A stretch of 64,000 nucleotides of DNA from an uncultured Thermoleophilia bacterium (GTDB lineage: Bacteria; Actinomycetota; Thermoleophilia; UBA2241). The notes beneath the pieces were generated by a model. The model had not been told where the DNA came from. It did not search any database and saw nothing but the letters and a program-made list of their open reading frames with translations. The position numbers were made by a program, and so were the translations under genes. Where the stretch lies: assembly GCA_963705085.1 (NCBI GenBank), contig CAVPIV010000001.1:22443-86442 (forward strand), read 5' to 3'. Of the stretch, positions 19,308 to 28,399 are shown piece by piece. The stretch's first letter is position 1; the number at the start of each line of letters is the position of its first letter.

Positions 19308-20497
19308 TCACCGAAGCCGTCAGGGAGCGCCTCCTCGGGGAGTTGCAGGATACGCGCGATCAGGGTCTCTTCAAGACGGAGCACCCCATCGTAGGGGCGC
19401 AGGGCGCCTGGGTTCGGCTCGCCGACGGGCGGCGCGTCCTCAACATGTGCGCCAACAACTACCTCAACCTGTCGTCCCATCCCGAGGTTGCGGCCGCCGC
19501 GGCGCGTGGCCTCGGCGAGTGGGGCTACGGCATGTCCTCAGTGCGGTTCATCTGCGGGACGCAGACGGTGCACGCCCGCCTCGAAGAGACCATCGCGGGC
19601 TACCTCGGCATGGAGGCCGCCATCCTCTACTCGTCGTGCTTCGACGCCAACGGCGGGCTCTTCGAGGCTCTGCTCGGGTCGGAGGATGCGGTCATCAGTG
19701 ACAGCCTGAACCACGCCAGCATCATCGACGGGATCCGCCTCTGCAAGGCCCAGCGTTACCGCTATCGCAACTGCGACATGGCTGACCTCGAGGAGAAGCT
19801 CAAGGAGGCGCGGGACGCTCGAACGATGCTGGTGGTGACCGACGGCGTGTTCTCCATGGACGGCATCGTCACGCCGCTTCCGGAGATCTGCGCGCTGGCC
19901 GAGCGGTACGGCGCGCTCGTCATGGTCGACGACTCGCACGCCCTGGGAGTGCTTGGCGAGGGAGGACGCGGCACGGCCGAGCACTACGGGGTCGAGGGCC
20001 GCGTCGACATCGTCACCGGCACGCTCGGCAAGGCGCTCGGTGGCGCGAGCGGGGGCTTCACCTGCGGTTCCCGGGAGGTGGTCGACCTGCTCCGCCAGCG
20101 CTCGCGGCCGTATCTCTTCTCAAACACGTTGGCGCCGATGATCGCGGCCGCGTCGATCACGGCCATCGACGTGGCGCGACGTTCCCAGGATCTGCGGGCA
20201 CGGTTGCGGCGCAACGCGCAGCACTTCCGCGCGGCCGTCGAAGCGGCCGGCTTCGAGACGCGGGGAGCGGGTCACCCCATCATCCCGGTCATGGTCGGCG
20301 AGGCGCGCGACGCCCAGCTCATCGCCGCCGGGCTGCTCGAGCGATCGGTCTACGCGGTCGGCTTCTTCTACCCCGTCGTGCCAAAGGGTGAGGCGCGTAT
20401 CCGCGTACAGGTGTCGGCGCTGCACGAGATCGCCGATCTGGACTTCGCCGTGGAGCAGCTCGTCGCCGCGCGCGACGCGGCGGCAAGCCGATCGTAG
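19304..20497 (+). CDS. kbl: Glycine C-acetyltransferase (2-amino-3-ketobutyrate CoA ligase)
   Basis: Collinear with E. coli Kbl (GLFK...NFCANNYLGL...VRFICGTQ...[11 protein letters not shown]...[10 protein letters not shown]); GTG overlaps the tdh TGA (GTGA). Confidence 0.95.
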   Translation: MITEAVRERLLGELQDTRDQGLFKTEHPIVGAQGAWVRLADGRRVLNMCANNYLNLSSHPEVAAAAARGLGEWGYGMSSVRFICGTQTVHARLEETIAGYLGMEAAILYSSCFDANGGLFEALLGSEDAVISDSLNHASIIDGIRLCKAQRYRYRNCDMADLEEKLKEARDARTMLVVTDGVFSMDGIVTPLPEICALAERYGALVMVDDSHALGVLGEGGRGTAEHYGVEGRVDIVTGTLGKALGGASGGFTCGSREVVDLLRQRSRPYLFSNTLAPMIAAASITAIDVARRSQDLRARLRRNAQHFRAAVEAAGFETRGAGHPIIPVMVGEARDAQLIAAGLLERSVYAVGFFYPVVPKGEARIRVQVSALHEIADLDFAVEQLVAARDAAASRS

Positions 20498-20541
20498 CGC
20501 CGGCGCGGGGCTTCGGCGGTCGTCGGCGACGCGCGGCCGTC

Positions 20542-21000
20542 CTACCCGCAGGCGGGCGGCAGCGCCGCCTCGAGCGCCTCGAGCGCGGCGACGGTCGGCT
20601 CGCCCTCGCCGCGCCAGTGCACTTCGCCGTCGCAGCCGACGACGAACACGTAGACGGTCTCGAGGCGGCCGAGCCGGAGCGCTCCGGCGAGGGCATCCAG
20701 GTCCGTATAGGTGGTCAGGGTATGTCGCCGGACGGTGGCGTCCGGGATGCCGGCACGCATGCCGCCGTCGATGCTGGAGCGGAAGAGCCGCCAGCCGCGG
20801 GAGAGGCTCGGCACCTCCCACACCTCGGTCCCGGGGTGCCGCTCCGCGATGGTTTCCAGTGGGCCCTTCCACTGCTCGACGATGGTCTGATGCCAGCGCT
20901 GGAAAGCGAGGATGATCACGTGCGGTCCGCCGGGGAGCTCGTCGGGGATGACGTAGTCGACCCCCTCGAGGTCTCGTACCCGCAACGCCGGGAACTCCAT
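20542..21000 (-). CDS. Hypothetical protein
   Basis: 152 aa with balanced composition; no family recognised. Confidence 0.5.
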   Translation of the reverse strand: MEFPALRVRDLEGVDYVIPDELPGGPHVIILAFQRWHQTIVEQWKGPLETIAERHPGTEVWEVPSLSRGWRLFRSSIDGGMRAGIPDATVRRHTLTTYTDLDALAGALRLGRLETVYVFVVGCDGEVHWRGEGEPTVAALEALEAALPPACG

Positions 21001-21016
21001 GACGCCTCCTTTGGTC

Positions 21017-22132
21017 TCAGGTGGTCGGTCGTTGCAGGGCTGCTCGCAGCTCCTGCCAGACGGGCGGATCCTCCTGGCCCATGCACCAGGCGTAGACGCC
21101 GTGAATGTGAGGATGGTCGGCCATCATCATGGCCAGCTTGGCGCGCACGGCGGCGGCGTCGGGGAAGTAGGCCGTATGACGCTCGCCGCCGCGGTCGTAG
21201 TCGAGCCGCAGCTCCTGCGACGCCGTTCGCTGCTCTCGTGGCTGGTACGACGATCGGATCGCTTCGACGTCGGTCCAGGCCAGGTCGGTGGTCGTCGAGC
21301 CGAGCCAGTCGCGGCCGTAGAGGCCGAGTCCCATGACGATCTTCTGCGGCGCCACCTGCGTCTCGGCGAAGTCGAGCACACGGTCCATCCAGGCAGTCGG
21401 CGACAACGGCCCGGGGTCGGACCACGAGCCGGAGAAGTTGTAGGTCATGATCCGGAACTGGTCGACCGCCTCGCCGAGGCGCTTCCAGTTCTGCCCCTTG
21501 GGTCCGTCCCAGGCGCCGGGCTCGCTCAGCTTGGGGTAGACGTCGACGGCGATCAGGCGGTCGTCGGTGTGCAGCCGCCGCGCGAGCTCTTCCATGAAGG
21601 CCGTGAAGGCGTCTCGCTGAGACGCCTTCACGGCCTCCCAGTCCACATCGACGCCGTCGACGTCGTAGGTTCCGCACCAGTCGGCGACGGCCGCCGCGTG
21701 CGCTCGCCGGCTCTCGGGGGTCGCCAGGACCGCGGCCGAGATCGCGGGGTCGAACGTGTGCGACGTCTCGTCGTAATCGGTCAGGGTCACGAACACTCGG
21801 CAGTCGCGCTCCCTCGCGAGCCCGATGAAGGCGGCGTCGAAACGCGGCGCCGCGACGGTGCCATCAGGCCGCGACTGGAGCCAGTCGACGCTGACCTCGT
21901 CGAGCGCGCCGGCCTCCGCGGCCGACTCCAGCGACGCCGTGTCGCCGAACGTCCATGCCCCGACCAGATAGGGGCCGTGAGATCGGCCTTCGCCTTCGAG
22001 GGCACGAGCGAGCGCGAGGGCCACCACCATCGCGAAGATCCCGACGACGCCGATGATCAGGAGAGCGGAGGCGGGCCGCCGTCGTGGTCGCAGGCGACGA
22101 CGGCCCACAGATGTACTTCGGCTCGCCGGCAT
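21017..22132 (-). CDS. Glycoside hydrolase family 18-like protein with N-terminal TM anchor
   Basis: DGVDVDWE catalytic DxxDxDxE motif; LVGAW...FVTL...MTYNFSG pattern; start taken at MPASRS... (the upstream His/Asp/Arg-rich extension is discarded). Confidence 0.75.
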   Translation of the reverse strand: MPASRSTSVGRRRLRPRRRPASALLIIGVVGIFAMVVALALARALEGEGRSHGPYLVGAWTFGDTASLESAAEAGALDEVSVDWLQSRPDGTVAAPRFDAAFIGLARERDCRVFVTLTDYDETSHTFDPAISAAVLATPESRRAHAAAVADWCGTYDVDGVDVDWEAVKASQRDAFTAFMEELARRLHTDDRLIAVDVYPKLSEPGAWDGPKGQNWKRLGEAVDQFRIMTYNFSGSWSDPGPLSPTAWMDRVLDFAETQVAPQKIVMGLGLYGRDWLGSTTTDLAWTDVEAIRSSYQPREQRTASQELRLDYDRGGERHTAYFPDAAAVRAKLAMMMADHPHIHGVYAWCMGQEDPPVWQELRAALQRPTT

Positions 22133-22255
22133 GACTCCATGATGACCCCTCGCCGCGCAGCGGCAAACCCGCCGGCTCCTCGCTCCGCCCGGCGGTGCGG
22201 CTGCAAGGTGTTCACGAGGGCCCGACGGTGGCACCATGAGAATGTGGACACACAC

Positions 22256-22744
22256 ATGCTCGTGACCGTGGTCGCCGGAGTCCTCCTCGTGGTCGCTGCC
22301 GTCGGGACCGTGTATCCCGTGTTGCCCGGAAGCCCGCTGGCGATCGTCACGCTCATCGTGTGGGGCTGGGTCATCGGCTCGCCGGCGGCGTGGACGGCCG
22401 CGGTGATCGGTGCCCTTGTCGCTGCCGTGGGCTGGTCGGCGAGCCTGGTGCTTACGGGGCGGAAGCTCAAGCAGCAGGAGATCCCCCGGCGGTCCATCGC
22501 CGTGGCGATGGCAACGGCCGTGGTCGGCATGTTCCTGATCCCGGTCGTCGGCCTGTTCGTGGGGTTCGGTGCGGGGCTCCTGGCCAGCGAACTGGTGCGC
22601 CGCCGTGACCTGCGGGAGGCGCTGCGCTCGAGCGTGGAGACGCTCAAGGCGACCGGTATCGGCATCCTCGTGGAGTTCGCCATGGTGTGCCTCGCCGGAT
22701 CGGTGTGGATGATCGGCGTGATCGTTCACTACGCGATCCTGTAG
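22256..22744 (+). CDS. DUF456 family membrane protein
   Basis: MLVTVVAGVLLVVAAVGTVYPVLPGSPLAIV...; four TM segments. Confidence 0.7.
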   Translation: MLVTVVAGVLLVVAAVGTVYPVLPGSPLAIVTLIVWGWVIGSPAAWTAAVIGALVAAVGWSASLVLTGRKLKQQEIPRRSIAVAMATAVVGMFLIPVVGLFVGFGAGLLASELVRRRDLREALRSSVETLKATGIGILVEFAMVCLAGSVWMIGVIVHYAIL

Positions 22745-22895
22745 GCGGCCCGGTTTCCGTCCCGGGTGTCGGACGGTCGCGATTCGGGCTTGCATCGCCG
22801 CGTGCCGGGACTAGGGTGCATCGGTGAGGAACAACGCGTGGCGGCGGTCGTGGCGAAGGACCGCCGCCTTGGGTCTCGGTGAAAAGGAGTGGTTC

Positions 22896-24419
22896 GTGAC
22901 CATCATTCTTGACGGCGGCTCACTGACGGTCGACAAGCTCGTGCGCATCGCTCGCGAGGGCGAGAAGGTCGAGATCGCCCCGGCGGCTGTCGAGCGCATC
23001 CGGGTCTGCCGCGAGATGCTCGAAGACAAGATCAAAGCCCGAGAGATCATGTACGGCACCAATACCGGCATCGGGGAGTTCAGCGAGATCGTGCTCGACG
23101 ACGAGCAGGTGCAGCAGTTCCAGCGCTACCTCGTCTACAACCACTCGGCCGGGATCGGCGACCCCGCTCCGATCGAGACGGTCCGCGCGGCGATGGCCAG
23201 CCGCGTGAACGTGCACGCCCACGGCAACTCCGGCAACCGGCCGGAGATCACACTGACCCTCGTCGAGATGCTCAATCGGGGCGTCACACCTGTCATGTGT
23301 CAGAAGGGCTCGGTCGGCGCCTCTGGCGACCTCGCCCCGATGGCACAGATGGCCCTGGTCCTGATGGGTGAGGGTGAGGCCTTCTACCGGGGCGATCGTC
23401 TCCCCGGCCGCGTGGCCCTGGAGCGCGCCGGCATCCCCGTCCCGGGGCTGGAGGCGCGCGACGGCCTCGCGGCCATTAACGGATCCAATGTGCTCACCGC
23501 CATGAGCGCTTTGCTCTGCCACGACGTCGACCGCTGGCTGCGACAGGCCGAGATCGCCTGCGCCATGTCGCTTGAGGCGCTGCTCGCCAACCTCAAGCCC
23601 TACAACGCCAAGCTCCACGAGCTCCGCGGCTTCCGGGGCGCGGTTCGCAGCGCCGCCGCCATCAGGAAGTGCATCGCCGAGAGCGATCTCGCGACCGGCA
23701 GGATCAAGACCAAGGTCCAGGACGCGTACTCCATGCGGTCCTCCCCGCAGGTGATCGGCGCCGCCCACGACGCCCTCGCCTTCGCCCGTTCACAGGTCGA
23801 GATCGAACTCAACGCCGTCGGCGACAACCCGATCTTCGTCCCCGAAGACAGGCTCACGCTGACGGGCGCCAACTTCCAGGGCACGCCCGTCAGCCTGCCC
23901 ATGGAGCTCGTCGGCCAATCCGTGACCATGGTGAGCGTTCTCTCCGAGCGCCGGCTCAACCGGCTCGAGAACCCCGCGTTGAGCCAGGGTCTGCCGGACT
24001 TCCTCACGCCCAATCCCGGGTTCTACTCAGGCCTCATGCTGAGCCAGTATGCGGCCGACATGCTCATCGTGGAGCAGCGGCTCCTGGCGGCGCCGGCCGC
24101 CACGATGTCGATCTCGGCCGCGGCCGACCAGGAAGACTTCGTCTCCATGGGCATGAACACGGCCATCAAGAACCGCCAGATCCTCGACAACGCCAACAGC
24201 ATCCTCGGCATCGAGTTCATGGCCGCCGCCCAAGCCCTCGACTTCCGCGACTTCACGCCGGGTAGGGGAGTACGTGCGGCGAAGAACGTGATCCGCCGCT
24301 ACGTCGATCATCTCGACGTCGACCGGCCGCTCTATCCCGATCACAACGCGATGGCGGCGCTGGTCGCTTCAGGCGAGATTCTCGAGGAGGTCGAGGCGGT
24401 GGTGGGTCCGCTGGGCTGA
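22896..24419 (+). CDS. MIO-dependent aromatic amino acid ammonia-lyase/aminomutase family (histidine ammonia-lyase-like)
   Basis: GSVGASGDLAPMAQMAL (Ala-Ser-Gly MIO motif), YGTNTGIGEF, NHSAGIG, GDNPIF; GTG start after AAAGGAG. Confidence 0.85.
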   Translation: MTIILDGGSLTVDKLVRIAREGEKVEIAPAAVERIRVCREMLEDKIKAREIMYGTNTGIGEFSEIVLDDEQVQQFQRYLVYNHSAGIGDPAPIETVRAAMASRVNVHAHGNSGNRPEITLTLVEMLNRGVTPVMCQKGSVGASGDLAPMAQMALVLMGEGEAFYRGDRLPGRVALERAGIPVPGLEARDGLAAINGSNVLTAMSALLCHDVDRWLRQAEIACAMSLEALLANLKPYNAKLHELRGFRGAVRSAAAIRKCIAESDLATGRIKTKVQDAYSMRSSPQVIGAAHDALAFARSQVEIELNAVGDNPIFVPEDRLTLTGANFQGTPVSLPMELVGQSVTMVSVLSERRLNRLENPALSQGLPDFLTPNPGFYSGLMLSQYAADMLIVEQRLLAAPAATMSISAAADQEDFVSMGMNTAIKNRQILDNANSILGIEFMAAAQALDFRDFTPGRGVRAAKNVIRRYVDHLDVDRPLYPDHNAMAALVASGEILEEVEAVVGPLG

Positions 24420-24443
24420 CGGTCGACCCAACTCCGTGACCCG

Positions 24444-25847
24444 ATGAACGCGCTCAACCGGTTGTCGGCCGCGGATCTCCGCCGGGGCTACCTGCGCCGG
24501 GAGTTCTCTCCCGTCGAAGTCCTACGGGAGTGCGTCGCCCGTGTCGAGGCGACGCGTGGCTTCAACGCGTTCGTCACGACCCTTTGCGACGCCGCCTGCA
24601 AGGACGCGCGACGAGCGGAGGATGTCTATCGCCGTGGCGAGGCGGCGTCGCAGCCCCTGCTCGGCGTCCCAATCGCCGTCAAGGACAACTACGACACGGC
24701 TCAGGTCAGAACGACGTATGGATCGTCGCTGTTCGCGAACCACGTCCCGCGCGAGACCGCCGAGTGCGTACGCCGCGCCGTGGCGGCCGGCGCGATCGTC
24801 ATCGGCAAGACGAGCCTTCACGAGTTCGGTATGGGCGTGACCGGAGAGAATTCGCACTTCGGGCCCTGCCTGAACCCGTGGGACGACACGCGGATCGCGG
24901 GCGGTTCGAGCAGCGGGTCAGCCGCCGCTGTGGCGCTCATGGCGGCGCCACTGGCGTTGGGCAGCGACACCGCCGGCTCTATTCGCGTCCCGGGGAGCTT
25001 GTGCGGCGTCGCCGGCCTGAAGCCGACCTACGACCGTCTGCCGCGGGAGGGCCTGTTTCCGCTGGCGCCGTCGCTCGATCACGTCGGTCTGCTGGCTCGC
25101 GAGCCGGGCGATCTCGCGATCCTCCTTGGGGTGCTCGACGATCGCTCCCGCCCGCGCCCGCTCGGCGGTCGCCGCGCGGCGGCGCAGGAGGCGGATGCCG
25201 ACGTTCTGTGCGGCCTGCGCGTCGGGGTCCTGCCGGCGTCGTCTCTTGCCGAGATCGACGAGGACGTCGCGGCGGTCGCTCGCGCGGCCGCGACGTCCAT
25301 GGCGTCCGCGGGCGCCGAGACGGTTGAGCTTGACGCAGGGCTCTTCGCCCACGTGCTCAGGACCTTCGTCCCGATCCAGCAGGCCGAGGTTTCCTTCGTG
25401 CATCGCTCGAGAGGGCTCTTCCCTGCGCAGAGGTCCGCGTACGGGGACGACGTGCGCGAGCGGCTCGACTTGTCGGGAGCTGTGTCGCTCGACGACTACT
25501 TCGCGTCGACGGCCCGGCGCGATCGCCTGGCCGATGACGTGCGTTCCCTCTTCGCCGCCGTCGACATCGTGCTGACGCCGGCCGGCGGCGATCGCGCGCC
25601 GACGCTCGTCTCACTGTCCGATGCGGCGGCCGCCGCCGCCTTCCGCAAGCGGACGCTCTTGCACACCGTCCTGCAGTCGCTCACGGGGATCCCGGCCTGC
25701 GTGGTGCGTGCGGGGTTCGACCGAGACGGGCTACCGGTCGGCGTGCAGCTCGCGGCGCCGCGGGGCGCGGACGAGCGTCTGCTGGAGGTCGCGGATGCCT
25801 TCTGGCGGGCCACGCAGGCCGTCCAGGACCGCTGGCCTGCCTGGTAG
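24444..25847 (+). CDS. Amidase (amidase-signature family)
   Basis: GGSSSGSAAAVA...GSDTAGSIRVP signature. Confidence 0.9.
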   Translation: MNALNRLSAADLRRGYLRREFSPVEVLRECVARVEATRGFNAFVTTLCDAACKDARRAEDVYRRGEAASQPLLGVPIAVKDNYDTAQVRTTYGSSLFANHVPRETAECVRRAVAAGAIVIGKTSLHEFGMGVTGENSHFGPCLNPWDDTRIAGGSSSGSAAAVALMAAPLALGSDTAGSIRVPGSLCGVAGLKPTYDRLPREGLFPLAPSLDHVGLLAREPGDLAILLGVLDDRSRPRPLGGRRAAAQEADADVLCGLRVGVLPASSLAEIDEDVAAVARAAATSMASAGAETVELDAGLFAHVLRTFVPIQQAEVSFVHRSRGLFPAQRSAYGDDVRERLDLSGAVSLDDYFASTARRDRLADDVRSLFAAVDIVLTPAGGDRAPTLVSLSDAAAAAAFRKRTLLHTVLQSLTGIPACVVRAGFDRDGLPVGVQLAAPRGADERLLEVADAFWRATQAVQDRWPAW

Positions 25848-25919
25848 GTGCACGAGCCGGCGCCGCCACGGCTCCGGCCTGTCGACAGGGTGCCGCGGAC
25901 ACGCGGCGAATGTTGCCGC

Positions 25920-26306
25920 ATGGACTTCAAAGAGCTCATGGACATCGTCTCGCGGGCGCTGGACGTGCTCGGCGTGGCCGTCATCCTCATCGGCTTCGTA
26001 GCGGGCGTCGCGCTGGCGCTGCGCGACAGGCTGAGCGGCCAGCGCCACAGCGCCTACGCGATGATCCGGAAGTACTTCGGCCAGAGCATCCTGCTCGGCC
26101 TCGAGATCCTGGTTGCCGCCGACCTCATCCGTACGGTCGCCGTCGATCCCACGATGGAGAACGTGCTCGTGCTGGGCGTGATAGTCCTCATCCGGACCTT
26201 CCTCAGCTTCTCGCTTGAGGTGGAGATCTACGGTCGCGTGCCATGGCGGGCGAGTCGCGAGGGAAGCGGCAGGACCAGAAAAGCCGAGCCGGCAGAACGG
26301 CAGTAG
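25920..26306 (+). CDS. DUF1622 family membrane protein
   Basis: MDFKELMDIVSRALDVLGVAVILIGF... Confidence 0.65.
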   Translation: MDFKELMDIVSRALDVLGVAVILIGFVAGVALALRDRLSGQRHSAYAMIRKYFGQSILLGLEILVAADLIRTVAVDPTMENVLVLGVIVLIRTFLSFSLEVEIYGRVPWRASREGSGRTRKAEPAERQ

Positions 26307-26448
26307 TCGCCTGTCGGCAAGTCTGTTCATGTGAAGGCTGCCGCCTTCGGCCTGCCGCTGCGCTCGCGACCTGGTCCGCCATGGTGCGATGATGATGAGG
26401 ATGCGAGAATCGCAGCATCGGTCAGCCCACACTCTGGAGGCTTGGCAC

Positions 26449-27063
26449 ATGGAAGCTGTAGGCCCGAGGGGCCGGCGCATCCTCGTCGTGTGCGCGACGA
26501 AGTACGGGTCGACGATGCAGATGGCGGAGGCCGTGGCCCAGGAGTTGCGCGGAGTGGGCTGCGAAGCGGAGGTCCGCGCCGCGAAGGAGATCCCTGAAGC
26601 GGCCGGGTTCGACGCCGTCGTTGTCGGGGGTCCCATGATCTTCGGCTGGCACAAGGACGCCTCGCGGTTCGTCAAGGCCCGGCGTGACGGCCTCGCGGGC
26701 CTGCCCATCGTGTACTTCATCACCGCGGCCTCGCTCACGGAGGACGGCACTCACGCCGTCGACGGCGTCCCGGTCGTCAAAGACGACTGGCTGGCGAAGG
26801 CGCCGCGCAAGCCGGGCAAGCTGAGCTATCGCGAACGCTATGCCCGGCCGCAGCACTACCTCGGCGACGTCCTCAAGGAGACGGCGCCGGTTCGCCCGCG
26901 ACAGGTCGCGTTCTTCGCCGGCGCCCTCGACCTCACGAAGATGAGCCTTTTCGCGAAGCTCTTCGTCATGCTCATCATCGGCGCCGGCCCCGGCGACGGC
27001 CGCCACTGGGAGGCCGTCCGTGCGTGGGCGCGCGGCCTGCCCGCCATTCTGTTCGAGAGCTGA
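26449..27063 (+). CDS. Flavodoxin-like fold protein (HemG / flavodoxin_5-like)
   Basis: RILVVCATKYGSTMQMAEAVAQEL...AVVVGGPMIFGW; GGAGG SD. Confidence 0.7.
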   Translation: MEAVGPRGRRILVVCATKYGSTMQMAEAVAQELRGVGCEAEVRAAKEIPEAAGFDAVVVGGPMIFGWHKDASRFVKARRDGLAGLPIVYFITAASLTEDGTHAVDGVPVVKDDWLAKAPRKPGKLSYRERYARPQHYLGDVLKETAPVRPRQVAFFAGALDLTKMSLFAKLFVMLIIGAGPGDGRHWEAVRAWARGLPAILFES

Positions 27064-27198
27064 CCGGCGTCGCCGGCGGGTCCGTCGCCGCCGCGACGCA
27101 GTCTCGAGCCGGTGCGACTGAGCTCGGCCCTCTGGACCAAGTCCCTTCGTGGCGCTCAGGCGTCAAGGGTCGCCATCCCCGTTGTCGCTCCGCCACTC

Positions 27199-28131
27199 CT
27201 ACTGTCGCGCCTGGCGGGTGGCGCCCATGGCGATCATGAGAAGCCGGGTGATCGCCAGTGCGGTATGCCCCTGTGGGTCCTGCGCCGGCACGAACTCGCA
27301 GACATCCATGCCGGCGAGGCGGCAGCGGCCGGCGAGCTCGCGGACGAGGCGCGCCGCCTGCCAGTACTGAAGGCCGCCGGGCGCCGGCCACAGGGTGCCG
27401 GGCGCGCAGCTCGGGTCGAGACCGTCGACGTCGATGGTCACGTAGAGGCGCGCGCCCGCGTCGAAGAGGGCGACGACGTCGTCGACGCCGCGTGCGTGCA
27501 CGTGCTCCGCCGTGACGAGCACGTTGCCGGCCGCCCTGGCCGCGGCCACTTCCTGCGGGCGGGCGCTGCCGATGTCGCGCAGGCCCACCTGGACGATGCG
27601 CCTTACCCAGGGCAGATCGCGCAGCCGCCGGATAGGGCTCGAGTAGCCATCCGGCACGCCGCCCACGTTGTCGCGGTAGTCGAGATGGGCGTCGATGTGC
27701 AGGACGTCGAGCGACTCGCCGGAGGGCAGGCCGCGTACCACCAGCGGCGGGATGGCGTGGTCGCCGCCGACGACGAGCGGGATCGCTTCGGCGGCGGCGA
27801 TCGCGCGGACGGTCCCCGTGGTGCGGGCCGCGTTGCCGGGCAGGTCACGCGGGTCGCCGGGCACGTCGCCACAGTCGACGAGCACGCCGTCGGTACCGTG
27901 TGTCAGAAACGGGCCGCCCAGGTCGAAGTCGTGGTGAGTCAGGCTGTGGCGATAGACCTGCGAGGCCACCCGGACGGCAGCCGGGGCAGCTGCGGCGGGT
28001 GGTGACACGTTGGCCATGTCGTACGGCACACCGAAGGGCACGCCGAGGAACGCGAAGCCGGCCGACGCGGACGCCGGGTCGTCCACTGGCTCGGCGCCGA
28101 GGAACGTCGTGTGGGTTGCCGGCGGGATCAT
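27199..28131 (-). CDS. Arginase/agmatinase/formimidoylglutamase family ureohydrolase
   Basis: GGDHAIPP...DAHLDYRD...SPIRR...TIDVDGLDP...GG Mn-binding motifs; start at MIPPATHTTFLG. Confidence 0.85.
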   Translation of the reverse strand: MIPPATHTTFLGAEPVDDPASASAGFAFLGVPFGVPYDMANVSPPAAAAPAAVRVASQVYRHSLTHHDFDLGGPFLTHGTDGVLVDCGDVPGDPRDLPGNAARTTGTVRAIAAAEAIPLVVGGDHAIPPLVVRGLPSGESLDVLHIDAHLDYRDNVGGVPDGYSSPIRRLRDLPWVRRIVQVGLRDIGSARPQEVAAARAAGNVLVTAEHVHARGVDDVVALFDAGARLYVTIDVDGLDPSCAPGTLWPAPGGLQYWQAARLVRELAGRCRLAGMDVCEFVPAQDPQGHTALAITRLLMIAMGATRQARQ

Positions 28132-28399
28132 GAGGCGATTCTTCCCGAACCGGCAATCTTCCTCAACCGGTACGCAACACGTACTCCACATTCGGCTCGC
28201 AGAATGCAGACAAGCCACTAGACGGCACTGACGGCTGCCCCCCCAGCTGTCGCGGGAGCTGACTGCAGAACGGTGCCCCCCCACCGAGTCAGCGTCCGAC
28301 TTGCCCGGGAGGTGTCCCCCCTCCGCCCGGGAGCCGCCGGCCCCTTCCGGGCCGCGACGACTGACCACAGTCGTCGCGGCCCGCCCCCCTTTCTGGCAC

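Noticed and set aside
22133-22795. His/Asp/Arg-rich 220-aa N-terminal extension of the GH18 ORF
   Set aside because: No protein-like composition. It overlaps the DUF456 gene on the other strand. The GH18 homology and a TM anchor begin at MPASRS (22132).
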